A stretch of 64,000 nt of DNA from NCBI GenBank assembly GCA_037046735.1, contig JBAOHC010000027.1, positions 12,307 through 76,306 on the forward strand. The letters run 5' to 3'. A program made the translations under genes and the position numbers. Within the stretch, counting starts at the first letter, position 1. The number at the start of each line of letters is the position of its first letter. The stretch is from Candidatus Nanopelagicales bacterium. GTDB taxonomy: Bacteria > Actinomycetota > Actinomycetes > S36-B12 > UBA10799. The notes below the pieces were generated by a model that ran no database searches, was not told where the DNA came from, and was given only the letters and a program-made list of their open reading frames with translations. Positions 16,822 through 26,962 of this stretch are shown piece after piece.

Positions 16822-18345
16822 GTGAGCGTCGTGCGGATCATGGGGATCGAAACCGAGTATGGGGTCTCGTCGCCCGGCCATCCACACGCCAACGCCATGC
16901 TCATGTCCAGTCAGGTGGTGACGGCCTACGACCGGGCGGCGAACGTGAGCCGCAAGGCGCGCACGCGCTGGGACTTCGACGTGGAGACCCCCTTGCGCGA
17001 TGCCCGCGGCTTCGATATGAGCCGCGCCGAGGCCGACCCCACGCAACTCACCGACGAGGACATCGGGATGGCCAACGTCATCCTCACCAACGGCGCTCGG
17101 CTCTATGTCGACCACGCCCACCCGGAGTACTCCACGCCGGAGGTGCTCACCCCCTTCGAGGCGATGCTCTACGACCGTGCCGGCCAGGAGATCATGGCCA
17201 CCGCGGGAGATCTCGCCTCCGCTGAGCCCGGCGCCCAGCACATCCGGCTGTACAAGAACAACACCGACAACAAGGGCGCGTCCTACGGCTGTCATGAGAA
17301 TTATCTGATGCCGCGCACCGTGGCGTTCCCGCGGATCGTCGCGGCGATGATCCCGTTCTTCGTCAGCCGGCAGGTGATCGCCGGGGCCGGTCGGCTCGGG
17401 GTCGGCCAGGACGGCAAGATCAAGGGCTATCAACTGACGCAGCGGGCGGACTTCTTCGAGGTTGAGGTAGGGCTGGAGACGACGCTCAAACGTCCGCTGA
17501 TCAACACTCGGGACGAACCCCATGCCGACCCTGAGCAGTACCGGCGCCTGCACGTCATCATCGGGGACGCGAATCTCAGCGAGTATCAGACATACCTCAA
17601 GATGGGCATCACCTCGCTGGTGCTCAGCATGATCGAGAGCCAGTGGGACTTCAGCAGTTTCATCGTCAACCGGCCGGTCAAGCAGTTGCATGCGGTATCT
17701 CACGACCCCGGGCTGGCCTACGAGGTCGACCTTGCCGACGGCCGGCGACTGACGGCGGTGCAGTTGCAGGCCGAGTTCGTGGAGCAGGCCCGCAAGTACG
17801 TCGATGACCGCTATGGAAGCGACGCCGACTCGGCAACCCTCGAGGTGCTTGCCGAGTGGGAACGCACCGTCGATGCGCTGACTCGTGACCCGATGGAACT
17901 GGTGAATGATCTGGACTGGGTGGCGAAGAAGGCCCTGCTGGACGGGTACCGGCGCCGCGATGGCATTGACTACGACGACCCGCGGCTTGCCCTGGTGGAC
18001 CTGCAGTACTCCGACGTCAACACGGCTCGCGGGCTGGCCGCGCGGCTGGAGGCGCGGGGCCGACTGCGCCGGATGACGACCCCCGAGCAAGTGGAATTCG
18101 CCGTTCAGCACCCCCCGGAGGGAACCCGCGCGTACTTCCGTGGCGAGTGCCTGCGTCGCTACCCCATGCACGTGACCGCGGCGAGCTGGGACTCAGTGAT
18201 CTTCGATCTGCCGGGGCGTTCAGCGCTGCAACGGGTACCCACGCTGGACCCTCTGCGGGGCACTAAGGCGCACGTTCAGGACCTGTTGGACGCCAGTCCC
18301 ACGGCTCTGGACCTGATCACCTCGCTGCAGCGCGTGGGCGGCTGA
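16822..18345 (+). CDS. dop: Pup deamidase/depupylase Dop
   Basis: [14 protein letters not shown]-terminus, 507 aa, longer than PafA as expected for Dop. Start options are GTG 16822 or ATG 16840. It is on the opposite strand to the rest of the locus. Confidence 0.9.
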   Translation: MSVVRIMGIETEYGVSSPGHPHANAMLMSSQVVTAYDRAANVSRKARTRWDFDVETPLRDARGFDMSRAEADPTQLTDEDIGMANVILTNGARLYVDHAHPEYSTPEVLTPFEAMLYDRAGQEIMATAGDLASAEPGAQHIRLYKNNTDNKGASYGCHENYLMPRTVAFPRIVAAMIPFFVSRQVIAGAGRLGVGQDGKIKGYQLTQRADFFEVEVGLETTLKRPLINTRDEPHADPEQYRRLHVIIGDANLSEYQTYLKMGITSLVLSMIESQWDFSSFIVNRPVKQLHAVSHDPGLAYEVDLADGRRLTAVQLQAEFVEQARKYVDDRYGSDADSATLEVLAEWERTVDALTRDPMELVNDLDWVAKKALLDGYRRRDGIDYDDPRLALVDLQYSDVNTARGLAARLEARGRLRRMTTPEQVEFAVQHPPEGTRAYFRGECLRRYPMHVTAASWDSVIFDLPGRSALQRVPTLDPLRGTKAHVQDLLDASPTALDLITSLQRVGG

Positions 18346-18346
18346 A

Positions 18347-19981
18347 CTAGAGGTACTGCCCGGTGTTGGCGACGTTGTCGATCGTGCGACCGGGCTCGTC
18401 GCCCTGTTTGCCCTGCACCAAGGTCCGGATGAAGATGATCCGCTCGCCCTTCTTCCCGGAGATCCGCGCCCAGTCATCGGGGTTGGTGGTGTTGGGAAGA
18501 TCCTCGTTCTCCCGGAACTCGTCAACGCAGGCCGACATCAGGTGCTGCAACCGGATGCCCTTCTGACCGGTCTCCAGGAACGCCTTGATCGCACTCTTCT
18601 TCGCCCTCGACACGATGTTCTCCAGCATGGCGCCGGAGTTGAAGTCCTTGAAGTACAGGACCTCCTTGTCCCCGTTGGCGTACGTGACCTCCAGGAACCG
18701 GTTCTCCGGGGCCTCGGAGTACATACGCTCCACGGTGCGCTGGATCATGGCGGCCACCGTGGCGTCGGCGTTCCCGCCATGTTCATCAAGGTCGTCGACG
18801 TTCAAGGGCAGGTTCGCGGTCAGGTACTTGGCCATGATGTCCGCGGCGGCTTGGGCGTCTGGGCGCTCGATCTTGATCTTTACGTCGAGCCGGCCGGGGC
18901 GCAGGATCGCCGGGTCGATCATGTCCTCGCGGTTGCTGGCCCCGATCACGATCACGTTCTCGAGACCCTCGACACCGTCGATCTCCGAGAGCAACTGCGG
19001 CACGATCGTGTTCTCCACGTCGCTGGACACCCCGGAGCCGCGGGTGCGGAACAGGGAGTCCATCTCGTCGAAGAAGACGATCACCGGCATCCCCTCGCTG
19101 GCCTTCTCGCGGGCGCGCTGGAAGACCAGCCGGATGTGCCGTTCGGTCTCCCCCACGTACTTGTTCAGCAGTTCGGGGCCCTTGATGTTGAGGAAGAACG
19201 ATCGTCCCGCATCGACGCCTTCGCGCGCGGCGACCTTCTTGGCCAGGCTGTTGGCCACGGCCTTCGCGATCAGTGTCTTGCCGCAGCCGGGCGGGCCGTA
19301 CAGCAGGATGCCCTTGGGTGGCCGGAGTTCGTGCTCGCGGAACAGGTCGGCGTGCATGAAAGGCAGCTCGACCGCATCGCGGATCATCTCGATCTGGTTA
19401 CTCAGACCGCCGATGTCCTCGTAGTGGATGTCTGGCACCTCCTCCAGAACCAACTCCTCCACCTCGGCCTTGGGGATCCGCTCCAGTGCGAAGCCGGAGC
19501 GGATGTCGACCAGCAAGGAGTCGCCCGCCCGCAGCCGTTGCGTGCGCAGCGGCTCGGCCAAGTGGACGACCTGCTCCTCATCGGTGTGGCCGATGACCAG
19601 GGCCCGCTCGCCCCCTTCGAGGATCTCCTTGAGCATGACGATGTCGCCGCGCTGCTCGAAGCCGGCAACGTCGACGATGTTCATGGCCTCGTTGAGCATG
19701 ACCTCCTGGCCGGGGACGAGCAACTCACGGTCAATGTTGGGCGTGGCGACCACGCGCATCTTGCGCCCGCTGGTCAAGATGTTGATGGTGCCGTCGTCGA
19801 GGGTCTGCAGGTAGACGCCATAAGCGCTCGGCGGCTCGGCCAAGCGGTCGACTTCCGCCTTCAGCGTCAGGATCTGCGAGCGCGCCTCACGCAAGGTGAC
19901 GGTCAGTCGCTCGTTGTTGATCCGCTGCTTGGCCAATTCGGCGCGGACGTGCTCGAGTTCATAGCGCGCGTCGTCGGTCAT
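18347..19981 (-). CDS. mpa: proteasome-associated AAA ATPase Mpa/ARC
   Basis: N-terminal coiled coil, GPPGCGKT Walker A and a C-terminal GQYL docking motif. A GGAGGTG RBS lies upstream. Confidence 0.95.
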   Translation of the reverse strand: MTDDARYELEHVRAELAKQRINNERLTVTLREARSQILTLKAEVDRLAEPPSAYGVYLQTLDDGTINILTSGRKMRVVATPNIDRELLVPGQEVMLNEAMNIVDVAGFEQRGDIVMLKEILEGGERALVIGHTDEEQVVHLAEPLRTQRLRAGDSLLVDIRSGFALERIPKAEVEELVLEEVPDIHYEDIGGLSNQIEMIRDAVELPFMHADLFREHELRPPKGILLYGPPGCGKTLIAKAVANSLAKKVAAREGVDAGRSFFLNIKGPELLNKYVGETERHIRLVFQRAREKASEGMPVIVFFDEMDSLFRTRGSGVSSDVENTIVPQLLSEIDGVEGLENVIVIGASNREDMIDPAILRPGRLDVKIKIERPDAQAAADIMAKYLTANLPLNVDDLDEHGGNADATVAAMIQRTVERMYSEAPENRFLEVTYANGDKEVLYFKDFNSGAMLENIVSRAKKSAIKAFLETGQKGIRLQHLMSACVDEFRENEDLPNTTNPDDWARISGKKGERIIFIRTLVQGKQGDEPGRTIDNVANTGQYL

Positions 19982-20024
19982 CGGGTCTCACCTCCGAGAC
20001 GGGTGGTCGGACTTGATTTCGACC

Positions 20025-20948
20025 CTATACGTCCTGCGCGGGATTGCCACCCCCCGTTTCAACCGGCATGGCGCGTGGCCCGGCATAGTCCGGGCCGTAG
20101 GCGCCCTTGGCCGGACGCGTGCGCTTGGTCGGCGCCGTCACCCCGGGAGCCAATCGCCTGCTGTAGATGAGGAAGCCGGTGTGGCCGACCATGCGGTGGT
20201 CCGGGCGCACCGCCAGCCCCTCCACGTGCCAGCCGCGGTGCATCGTCTCGGAGGCCTTGGGCTCGGTCCAGCCGCCGCCCGCCCGCAGGCCCTCCACGAC
20301 CCGCGACAGCTGCGTCGTGGTGGCCACATAGACGCACAGGACTCCGCCGGGCACCAGGCAGGCCTCGACGGTCTCGAGCATGTCCCAGGGGTTGAGCATG
20401 TCGAGCACCACACGGTCGAAGGGTCCGTCTGGGGCCACCTCTTCCAGGGCGCCGGTCAGCAGCGTCCAGTTCGCCGGCCGACCACCGAAGAGTTTGCTGA
20501 CGTTGCGCTCGGCGATCTCGGCGAAGTCGGCCCGCTTCTCCACGCTGGTCAGGTGTCCGGTGTCGGTGATGGCGCGCAGCAGCCAGCAGGACAGCGCGCC
20601 CGAACCCGCACCCGCTTCCAGGACCCGGGCCCCCGGGCGGATGTCGGTGAACGCCACGATCAGGGCCGCGTCCTTGGGATAGATGATGGTGGCGCCACGC
20701 GGCATGGACATCACGAAGTCGTGCAGCAACGGGCGCAGGGCCAAGTACTGGGTGCCCTTGCTGGACGTCACGACAATGCCTTCGCTGGCGCCGATGAGGC
20801 TGTCGTGGTCGATGCCGCCCTTCTCCGTGTGGAACCGTTGCCCGGCCATCAGCGTGATGGTGTGCATCCGGCCCTTCGCATCGGTCAACTGGACTTGGTC
20901 ACCGGGTGCGAACGCCGGACCTGCGGGAGTGGTCACAGGGCAGCACAC
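20025..20948 (-). CDS. trmI: tRNA (adenine58-N1)-methyltransferase TrmI
   Basis: N-terminal beta domain (GDQVQLTDAKGRMHTITL) and SAM motif EAGAGSGALS. Synteny with mpa, as for Rv2118c. Confidence 0.85.
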   Translation of the reverse strand: MCCPVTTPAGPAFAPGDQVQLTDAKGRMHTITLMAGQRFHTEKGGIDHDSLIGASEGIVVTSSKGTQYLALRPLLHDFVMSMPRGATIIYPKDAALIVAFTDIRPGARVLEAGAGSGALSCWLLRAITDTGHLTSVEKRADFAEIAERNVSKLFGGRPANWTLLTGALEEVAPDGPFDRVVLDMLNPWDMLETVEACLVPGGVLCVYVATTTQLSRVVEGLRAGGGWTEPKASETMHRGWHVEGLAVRPDHRMVGHTGFLIYSRRLAPGVTAPTKRTRPAKGAYGPDYAGPRAMPVETGGGNPAQDV

Positions 20949-21008
20949 TAGCCCAGCACCGTGATCGGCTCAGCGGGCCAACCCGCGCTCACGGGTTAGT
21001 CTCGACCT

Positions 21009-22085
21009 ATGGGTGAGGGCGGTCTGCAGTTCCGGGTGGCGGGATTCCCGGTGAGTCTGCCTGTGGGCGGCATCCTCGGGGTTCTGCTCATCGCCTATTT
21101 GTGGACACCCAACTTCGAGGGCCCGGGGCGCAGCGGCCTGCTGCTGGCCGTCGTGTTCGCCGTCTTGTTGTATCTGGGCGTTCTCTTCCACGAACTGGCG
21201 CATGCCTGGACCGCACGGGCCTACGGGTACCCCGTGCACGGCATCACACTGTGGCTGCTCGGCGGGTACACCGTGTACGAACGCCGTGACACGCGGCCGG
21301 GGCCCGAACTCGTCATCTCCCTGAGTGGGCCGTTCGCCACACTGCTGCTGGCGGGGGCGTGTGCGGCGGCGTCCGCGGCCACCACCGGGACGGTCGATCT
21401 GCTGTTCGCCGCGCTGGCCTGGACAAACCTGCTGCTCGGCGCGCTGAACCTGCTGCCAGGCGCACCGCTCGATGGGGGTGGCATGGTGAAAGCGGTGGTG
21501 TGGAAGGCCACCGGATCAGAATCCACCGGTTCGAAGGCAGCCGGTTATGCGGGCATTCTCATCGCCGCTCTCTTGGGCGTCTTCACCATCTGGGCGTGGC
21601 TCAACGGCGGCTCGTTCGGGCTGCTCACACTGATCCTGGCCGGCTTCATCGGCTTCGGTGCCTACCAGTCCATCCGCTCGTCCGACTCCCGCGCGGCCTG
21701 GGACGAGGTCTCGAGCCGCATTCCGGGGCTCATCCGTCCCGTCCTGGCCGTCAGCGACCGGGAGAGCCTGCAGGCAACGTTGGACAGGTGGGACCGCACC
21801 CACCAGGTCAGCGTCGTGACGGTCGACGAGCAGGGCCGGCTGCTGGCCGCCCTGGCGATGGCGGCGGTGGATGCCGTCCCGGCCGACCGGCGCCCGCATG
21901 TCCAGGTCGGCCCGTTCACCATGGTCATCCCGGTGCAGCAGCGCGCGGTGCTGGGCAGCGATCCCCTTGACCTGGTGCAGGCACTCGCGGCCACTGAAGG
22001 CCCGGTCTTGTTCGTCACCACCGAGGATCAGCGGCCGCTCGGGGTGCTGCTGGCCGCCGACGTCAACACCGCCTTGAAGTCGTGA
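21009..22085 (+). CDS. M50 family site-2 metalloprotease with C-terminal CBS-like region
   Basis: HELAHAW HExxH motif within TM helices and a later LLPGAPLDGG motif. Confidence 0.8.
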   Translation: MGEGGLQFRVAGFPVSLPVGGILGVLLIAYLWTPNFEGPGRSGLLLAVVFAVLLYLGVLFHELAHAWTARAYGYPVHGITLWLLGGYTVYERRDTRPGPELVISLSGPFATLLLAGACAAASAATTGTVDLLFAALAWTNLLLGALNLLPGAPLDGGGMVKAVVWKATGSESTGSKAAGYAGILIAALLGVFTIWAWLNGGSFGLLTLILAGFIGFGAYQSIRSSDSRAAWDEVSSRIPGLIRPVLAVSDRESLQATLDRWDRTHQVSVVTVDEQGRLLAALAMAAVDAVPADRRPHVQVGPFTMVIPVQQRAVLGSDPLDLVQALAATEGPVLFVTTEDQRPLGVLLAADVNTALKS

Positions 22086-22092
22086 CACGGTT

Positions 22093-23049
22093 TTGTCAGG
22101 ACCCCTGCTTACGGTGAGTCTTGTGAATCCCGCAGTCGTCGTAGAACCCGCCACCGGTGTCCGGGTGCGTGAACGCTCAGGGGTGCAGGGCCATCCGGTC
22201 GTGGGCGCCCTGTCGCCGAGCCGCGCGTCGGACTTCCTGCAATGCCCGCTGCTCTACCGGTTCCGCACCATCGACCGGCTGCCTGAGCGACCCGCCCGGG
22301 CTGCGTTTCGGGGCACCCTCGTTCACGAGATTCTGGACCGCCTCTTCGATGTGCCCGCCGACCAGCGCGATTTGCCCACCGCAGTCGCCCTCGCACCGGA
22401 TGCCCTGAGTGACCTGCTGGCGTGCACGCCAGATGTGGCGTTCGCGCTGGTGGAGGATGTCGACTGGCCGGGTGAGGCGCCGCCGATCCCCGACGCCGCG
22501 CTGCAGCGCTTGCTCGGCGAGGCCGAGTCGCTGCTTAGCACGTACTTCGGCATGGAGGATCCGCGCCGCGTGGAGGCGGTGCAGCGGGAGTCGCTGATCG
22601 AGACCCAACTCGAACCGGGCTTCATTCTGCGCGGGTACGTCGACCGCCTTGATGAGGCTGACGGTGATCTACGAGTGGTCGACTACAAGACCGGCCGTTC
22701 GCCGGGGCCGCAGTGGGAGCAGTCCGCCCTGTTCCAGATGCGGTTCTACGCTCTCATCGTGCATCTGGCCACCGGTCGCCTGCCGGATCGCCTGCAGTTG
22801 ATCTACCTGGGGAACGGTGAGGTCTTGACCTACCGGCCCGATGCCGAGGACGTACGTCGATTCGAGCGTAAACTCCGGGCGCTGTGGCTCGCGATCACCA
22901 GGGCTGCCGACAGTGGGGACTGGCGGCCGAACCGCTCGGCGAAATGCCGCTGGTGCTCCCATCATGCGTTGTGCCCGGCGTTCGGCGGCACGCCACCGCC
23001 ACTCCCCGATCAGCCAGCCCGATCATCCTCAATTACGGTGGGGCAGTGA
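22093..23049 (+). CDS. RecB-family PD-(D/E)XK nuclease (Rv2119-like)
   Basis: SPSRASDFLQCPLLYRF, DRLD...VVDYKTG and the C-terminal Cys cluster CRWCSHHALC. The exact start is uncertain. Confidence 0.75.
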   Translation: MSGPLLTVSLVNPAVVVEPATGVRVRERSGVQGHPVVGALSPSRASDFLQCPLLYRFRTIDRLPERPARAAFRGTLVHEILDRLFDVPADQRDLPTAVALAPDALSDLLACTPDVAFALVEDVDWPGEAPPIPDAALQRLLGEAESLLSTYFGMEDPRRVEAVQRESLIETQLEPGFILRGYVDRLDEADGDLRVVDYKTGRSPGPQWEQSALFQMRFYALIVHLATGRLPDRLQLIYLGNGEVLTYRPDAEDVRRFERKLRALWLAITRAADSGDWRPNRSAKCRWCSHHALCPAFGGTPPPLPDQPARSSSITVGQ

Positions 23050-23813
23050 CCACGACAGCCGCCTCCGCGCGCAGCCTCACCAAGATCTACGGCGAAGGAG
23101 AGGCGCAGGTCGTCGCGCTGGACGCGGTCGACATCGACATCGAACAGGGCCGGTTCACCGCCATCATGGGTCCCTCCGGCTCGGGCAAGTCCACCCTCAT
23201 GCACTGCTTGGCCGGTCTGGACTCCGTCACCAGCGGGCAGGCGATGATCGGAGACACCGACCTCACCACGCTGAAGGACAAGGCGCTGACCCAGTTGCGC
23301 CGCGACAAGATCGGCTTCGTTTTTCAGAGTTTCAACCTGATCCCCACCCTGACGGCGCTGGAGAACATCACATTGCCGATGGACATCGCCGGCAGCAAAC
23401 CGGACCAGCAGTGGGTCGATCTGATCATCGACACCATTGGTCTGCGCTCACGGTTGCGGCACAAGCCCAGCGAGTTGTCAGGTGGCCAGCAGCAGCGCGT
23501 GGCCTGCGCCCGGGCCTTAGCCAGCCGACCGGCCATCATCTTCGCCGACGAACCCACCGGAAACCTCGACTCTCGCAGCGGGGCTGAGGTGCTGGGTTTC
23601 CTGCGGCGCAGCGTGGACGAGTTCGGCCAGACGATCGTCATGGTCACCCATGACCCGAACGCGGCCTCCTACGCCCAGCGGGTGGTGTTTCTCGGCGACG
23701 GCCGGGTCGTGGACGAGATGGCCGACCCCACCGCGGATCGGGTGCTCGACCGGATGAAGCGCTTCGACGTGGAGGGCAACGCGATCGTGAGTACGACTGG
23801 CGTAGATGCTTAA
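23046..23813 (+). CDS. ABC transporter ATP-binding protein (MacB/LolD-type)
   Basis: Start at GTG 23046, overlapping the nuclease stop (GTGA). Motifs GPSGSGKST, LSGGQQQRVA and FADEPTGNLD. Confidence 0.9.
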   Translation: MTTTAASARSLTKIYGEGEAQVVALDAVDIDIEQGRFTAIMGPSGSGKSTLMHCLAGLDSVTSGQAMIGDTDLTTLKDKALTQLRRDKIGFVFQSFNLIPTLTALENITLPMDIAGSKPDQQWVDLIIDTIGLRSRLRHKPSELSGGQQQRVACARALASRPAIIFADEPTGNLDSRSGAEVLGFLRRSVDEFGQTIVMVTHDPNAASYAQRVVFLGDGRVVDEMADPTADRVLDRMKRFDVEGNAIVSTTGVDA

Positions 23814-26355
23814 GGCGTCGCTGCGCAACCTGCTGGCGCACCGCCTGCGCCTTCTGCTCACCGGCCTGGCGATCGTGCTGGCCGTGGCCTTCGTGGCAGG
23901 CACCTACATCTTCACCGACTCCCTGCGGGCCTCCCTGGACACTCTGGTCCGGCAGGACACCCCCGATGTGCTCGTGCAGCCGGCGAGCGCCGACTTCTCC
24001 CCCGAGTTCCAAGGTCAGGGTGAGACGCTCACAGTGCCCACATCCCTGTTGCCGGAGTTCGAGAATCTGCCCGCAGCCGAGGTGGTGGTGCCCCAGATCC
24101 AGGTGCCCAACGTGGTGATCCTCGACGCCGCCGGCAAACCCCTGGGTGCCGAACGCGGCGGTTTCGGGGCCGGGACGGCGATCGGACAAGCGTGGGTTAC
24201 TGACGGCCGTTTGAACCCGGCGGACGTGGTGGCCGGCACCGCCCCCGCCAGCCGCACTGAGGTGGCTTTGGACACGGGCAGTGCCGAGGAACTCGGCATC
24301 GGCGTCGGTGACTCCGTGACGGTGCTGTTGCCGGACGGCGGTCGCAGGGACTTCACCCTGGCGGCCACCACCGCGCTGACGGGTTCGGCGGGATTCGGGG
24401 TGGGCTTTGTCTCCTGGGATTTCGCCACGGCCCAGCGCCTGCTGCTCAACCCTGGGCAGGCCACCAGCATTGCTCTGCTGGCTCAGACGAGCAGTACCCA
24501 GCAGACACTGCGCGAGGAAGTCACTGCCCTGCTGCCGGCTGGCATCACCGCGGTCACCGGTGACGAACAGGCCAGTCAGATCTCCCAGCAACTGAACTCG
24601 GGGCTGGGTTTCCTGAACACGTTCCTGCTGGTGTTCGCCATCATTTCCGTCTTTGTCGCCGCCTTCTTGATCTACAACACGTTCTCGATGCTGGTCGCCC
24701 AACGCTCTCGTGAACTGGCCCTGCTGCGTGCCATCGGTGCCTCCCGCGGTCAGGTCCTGCGCTCCATCCTGGCTGAGGCGATCGTGGTCGCCCTGCTGGC
24801 CAGTGCCCTCGGGATCGTGGTCGGGGCAGGCTTTGCGAAAGGCCTGCAGTTGCTCTTCCAGGCGGCGGGCGCGCCCTTCCCAGCGTCGGCGCTGGTCTTC
24901 CAGCCACGCACTATCGCTGTGTCGTTGGCTGTCGGAGTGGTGATCACGATGGTGAGCGCACTGCTCCCCGCCCGCCGCGCCGGTTCAGTCGCACCGGTGG
25001 CCGCCCTGCGCGAGGAAGTTGTGCCCGCACGCAGTCTGCAACGGCGCACGGTCCTCGGCGGGTTCGTGCTCGGAGCCGGACTAGGACTGGCCGTGGTGTC
25101 ACCGCGGTTGGCCGAGTTCAGCACGCAGCGCGGCGCAACCATGGCCGGCGTGGGGGCGGCCCTGATCCTGCTCGGGGTGCTGGCGCTGTCACCGGAACTC
25201 GCCCGTCCCGCCAGCGCCCTGCTGGGCGTGGCGTTTCGCGGTGTGACCGGCAGGCTGGCACGGGGCAACACACATCGCAACCCCCGACGCACGGCTGCCA
25301 CCGCAGGTGCCCTGACCATCGGGGTCTGTTTGATGGCCGCGATCTCCGTGCTCGCGGCCAGCACCCAGAAGTCCGTGGCGGGCATCGTCGACCAAGTCAT
25401 CGGTGCCGACTTCGTGGTCACCGGTTACGGATTCCAACCCTTTCCCGCTGGTGTGGCGCGCGCCATCGATGAGGTGCCTGGCGTGGCGCAGACGGCCGTG
25501 GTCCGGCAGGCGCCGCTGCGCGCCCCCGGCACCGGGGACACGCTGGTCACCGGGGTCGATCCGCAAGCGATCCAGCAGGCCCTGAGCCTGGAGGTGACGG
25601 CAGGGTCCCTGGATGACCTCACCCTCGGCACCGTGGCGCTGGACGCCGACAACGCCGCCGAGATCGGCGCGGGGCTCGGTACCACCATCCAGGTGTTGTC
25701 CGTAGTGGGCCCGGTGGATCTGAAGGTCGTGGCGCTGTATGAGCCGGCCGGCGGATTCACGGGCTACGTGGTTGACCTGCCCCAGGCCGCCGAGCTGGGC
25801 TCCGGGGACCAGGACAACGTCGTGTATGTCGTGGCTGATCCCCAGGTATCCGCGGCTGCCGTCCAGGACGGGCTCGATGCCGCGTTGAAGGACTTCCCCA
25901 ACGTGCAGGTCCTCGATCAGTCGGCGTTCAAACGCAGCATCAGCGACCAGATCGGTCAGCTGCTGACCTTCCTCTTCGCGTTGCTCGTTCTGGCCGTGCT
26001 GATCGCCCTGCTGGGGATCGTCAACACGTTGGCTCTGAGCGTGTTCGAACGGACCCGCGAGATCGGACTCCTGCGTGCCGTGGGGATGTCGCGCGCTGGC
26101 ATCCGCCGCACCATCGTGATCGAGGCGCTGCTGATCGCGGTATTCGGCGCGGTGCTGGGCATGGTCACCGGGGTCGCATTCGGGGCGCTATTGCAGCGCA
26201 TCCTGGCCGCTGAGGGGATCGAGGAGTTCGCGGTGAATGTGCCGCAGTTGCTGCTGTTCCTGGTGCTCGCCGCGGTGGGCGGCGTGCTGGCGGCCCTGTG
26301 GCCAGCGTGGCGCGCCTCCCGGCTACGCATCCTGGATGCCATCGCGGCCGAGTAG
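23806..26355 (+). CDS. ABC transporter permease with two FtsX domains
   Basis: 849 aa. MLKASLRNLLAHRLR N-terminus and repeated FtsX-type TM bundles separated by large extracytoplasmic regions. 8-nt overlap with the ATPase gene. Confidence 0.85.
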   Translation: MLKASLRNLLAHRLRLLLTGLAIVLAVAFVAGTYIFTDSLRASLDTLVRQDTPDVLVQPASADFSPEFQGQGETLTVPTSLLPEFENLPAAEVVVPQIQVPNVVILDAAGKPLGAERGGFGAGTAIGQAWVTDGRLNPADVVAGTAPASRTEVALDTGSAEELGIGVGDSVTVLLPDGGRRDFTLAATTALTGSAGFGVGFVSWDFATAQRLLLNPGQATSIALLAQTSSTQQTLREEVTALLPAGITAVTGDEQASQISQQLNSGLGFLNTFLLVFAIISVFVAAFLIYNTFSMLVAQRSRELALLRAIGASRGQVLRSILAEAIVVALLASALGIVVGAGFAKGLQLLFQAAGAPFPASALVFQPRTIAVSLAVGVVITMVSALLPARRAGSVAPVAALREEVVPARSLQRRTVLGGFVLGAGLGLAVVSPRLAEFSTQRGATMAGVGAALILLGVLALSPELARPASALLGVAFRGVTGRLARGNTHRNPRRTAATAGALTIGVCLMAAISVLAASTQKSVAGIVDQVIGADFVVTGYGFQPFPAGVARAIDEVPGVAQTAVVRQAPLRAPGTGDTLVTGVDPQAIQQALSLEVTAGSLDDLTLGTVALDADNAAEIGAGLGTTIQVLSVVGPVDLKVVALYEPAGGFTGYVVDLPQAAELGSGDQDNVVYVVADPQVSAAAVQDGLDAALKDFPNVQVLDQSAFKRSISDQIGQLLTFLFALLVLAVLIALLGIVNTLALSVFERTREIGLLRAVGMSRAGIRRTIVIEALLIAVFGAVLGMVTGVAFGALLQRILAAEGIEEFAVNVPQLLLFLVLAAVGGVLAALWPAWRASRLRILDAIAAE

Positions 26356-26955
26356 CGAGAGGCTGACCGCGTCGAGTGTCGGTACGTGTCGCAGTCGTGG
26401 ATGCGACAGTGCCGAAACTGCCGGTCCGACCGCCAGAACGTGGCATCCTGCTGCCAGGCCCGCCTTCGCACCTGTCGAGCTGTCCTCGATGACCCAGCTT
26501 CCCTTCGGATCAGCGCCCAGTTGCTCACAGGCCAGGAGGTACGGCTCGGGATGGGGTTTGGGGTCCTCGACCTCGGTGGAACTGACAGTGATGTCCGGTT
26601 GGATGTCCATGTTCTGCACCAGCAGATCGAGCAGTACTCGCCAAGAGTTGCTCACGATCGCCGTCGGGATGCCGGCCCGCTTGGCCTCGACGAGCAGTTC
26701 GCGGGCGCCGGGCAGCCAGTGGGCCGCTTGTGTGGCGCAACGGTGCTCAATCTCGGAGACCAGGATGCGTGCCACGTGACCGGGCTCCCCGCCCGTGCGC
26801 GTGGCGATGTGGGAAACGACCCGCTCGAGCGGCCCACCGATGGCATGCGCCTGGTCGTCGCTGGTCCAGGTCTGCCCGAAGTACGCCATGGTGTCCTGCT
26901 GGGCGGCTTCCCACAGCCGTTCGCTGTCCAGCAGGGTGCCGTCGAGGTCGAACAA
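26323..26955 (-). CDS. HAD-superfamily hydrolase
   Basis: LFDLDGTLLDS motif I lies right at the N-terminus. The only plausible starts are TTG 26955 or CTG 26958, just after the metH stop. The 3' end overlaps the ABC permease 3' end convergently by 33 nt. Confidence 0.6.
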   Translation of the reverse strand: MFDLDGTLLDSERLWEAAQQDTMAYFGQTWTSDDQAHAIGGPLERVVSHIATRTGGEPGHVARILVSEIEHRCATQAAHWLPGARELLVEAKRAGIPTAIVSNSWRVLLDLLVQNMDIQPDITVSSTEVEDPKPHPEPYLLACEQLGADPKGSWVIEDSSTGAKAGLAAGCHVLAVGPAVSALSHPRLRHVPTLDAVSLSLLGRDGIQDA

Positions 26956-26962
26956 CAGGGCG

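Noticed and set aside
16465-18171. 568-aa ORF on the minus strand across the dop region. If real, it would restore co-directionality of the locus.
   Set aside because: Its translation is Arg/Gly/His/Pro-rich with no recognisable motif. The plus-strand frame encodes a full-length Dop with a canonical N-terminus. It is a typical antisense ORF of high-GC DNA.
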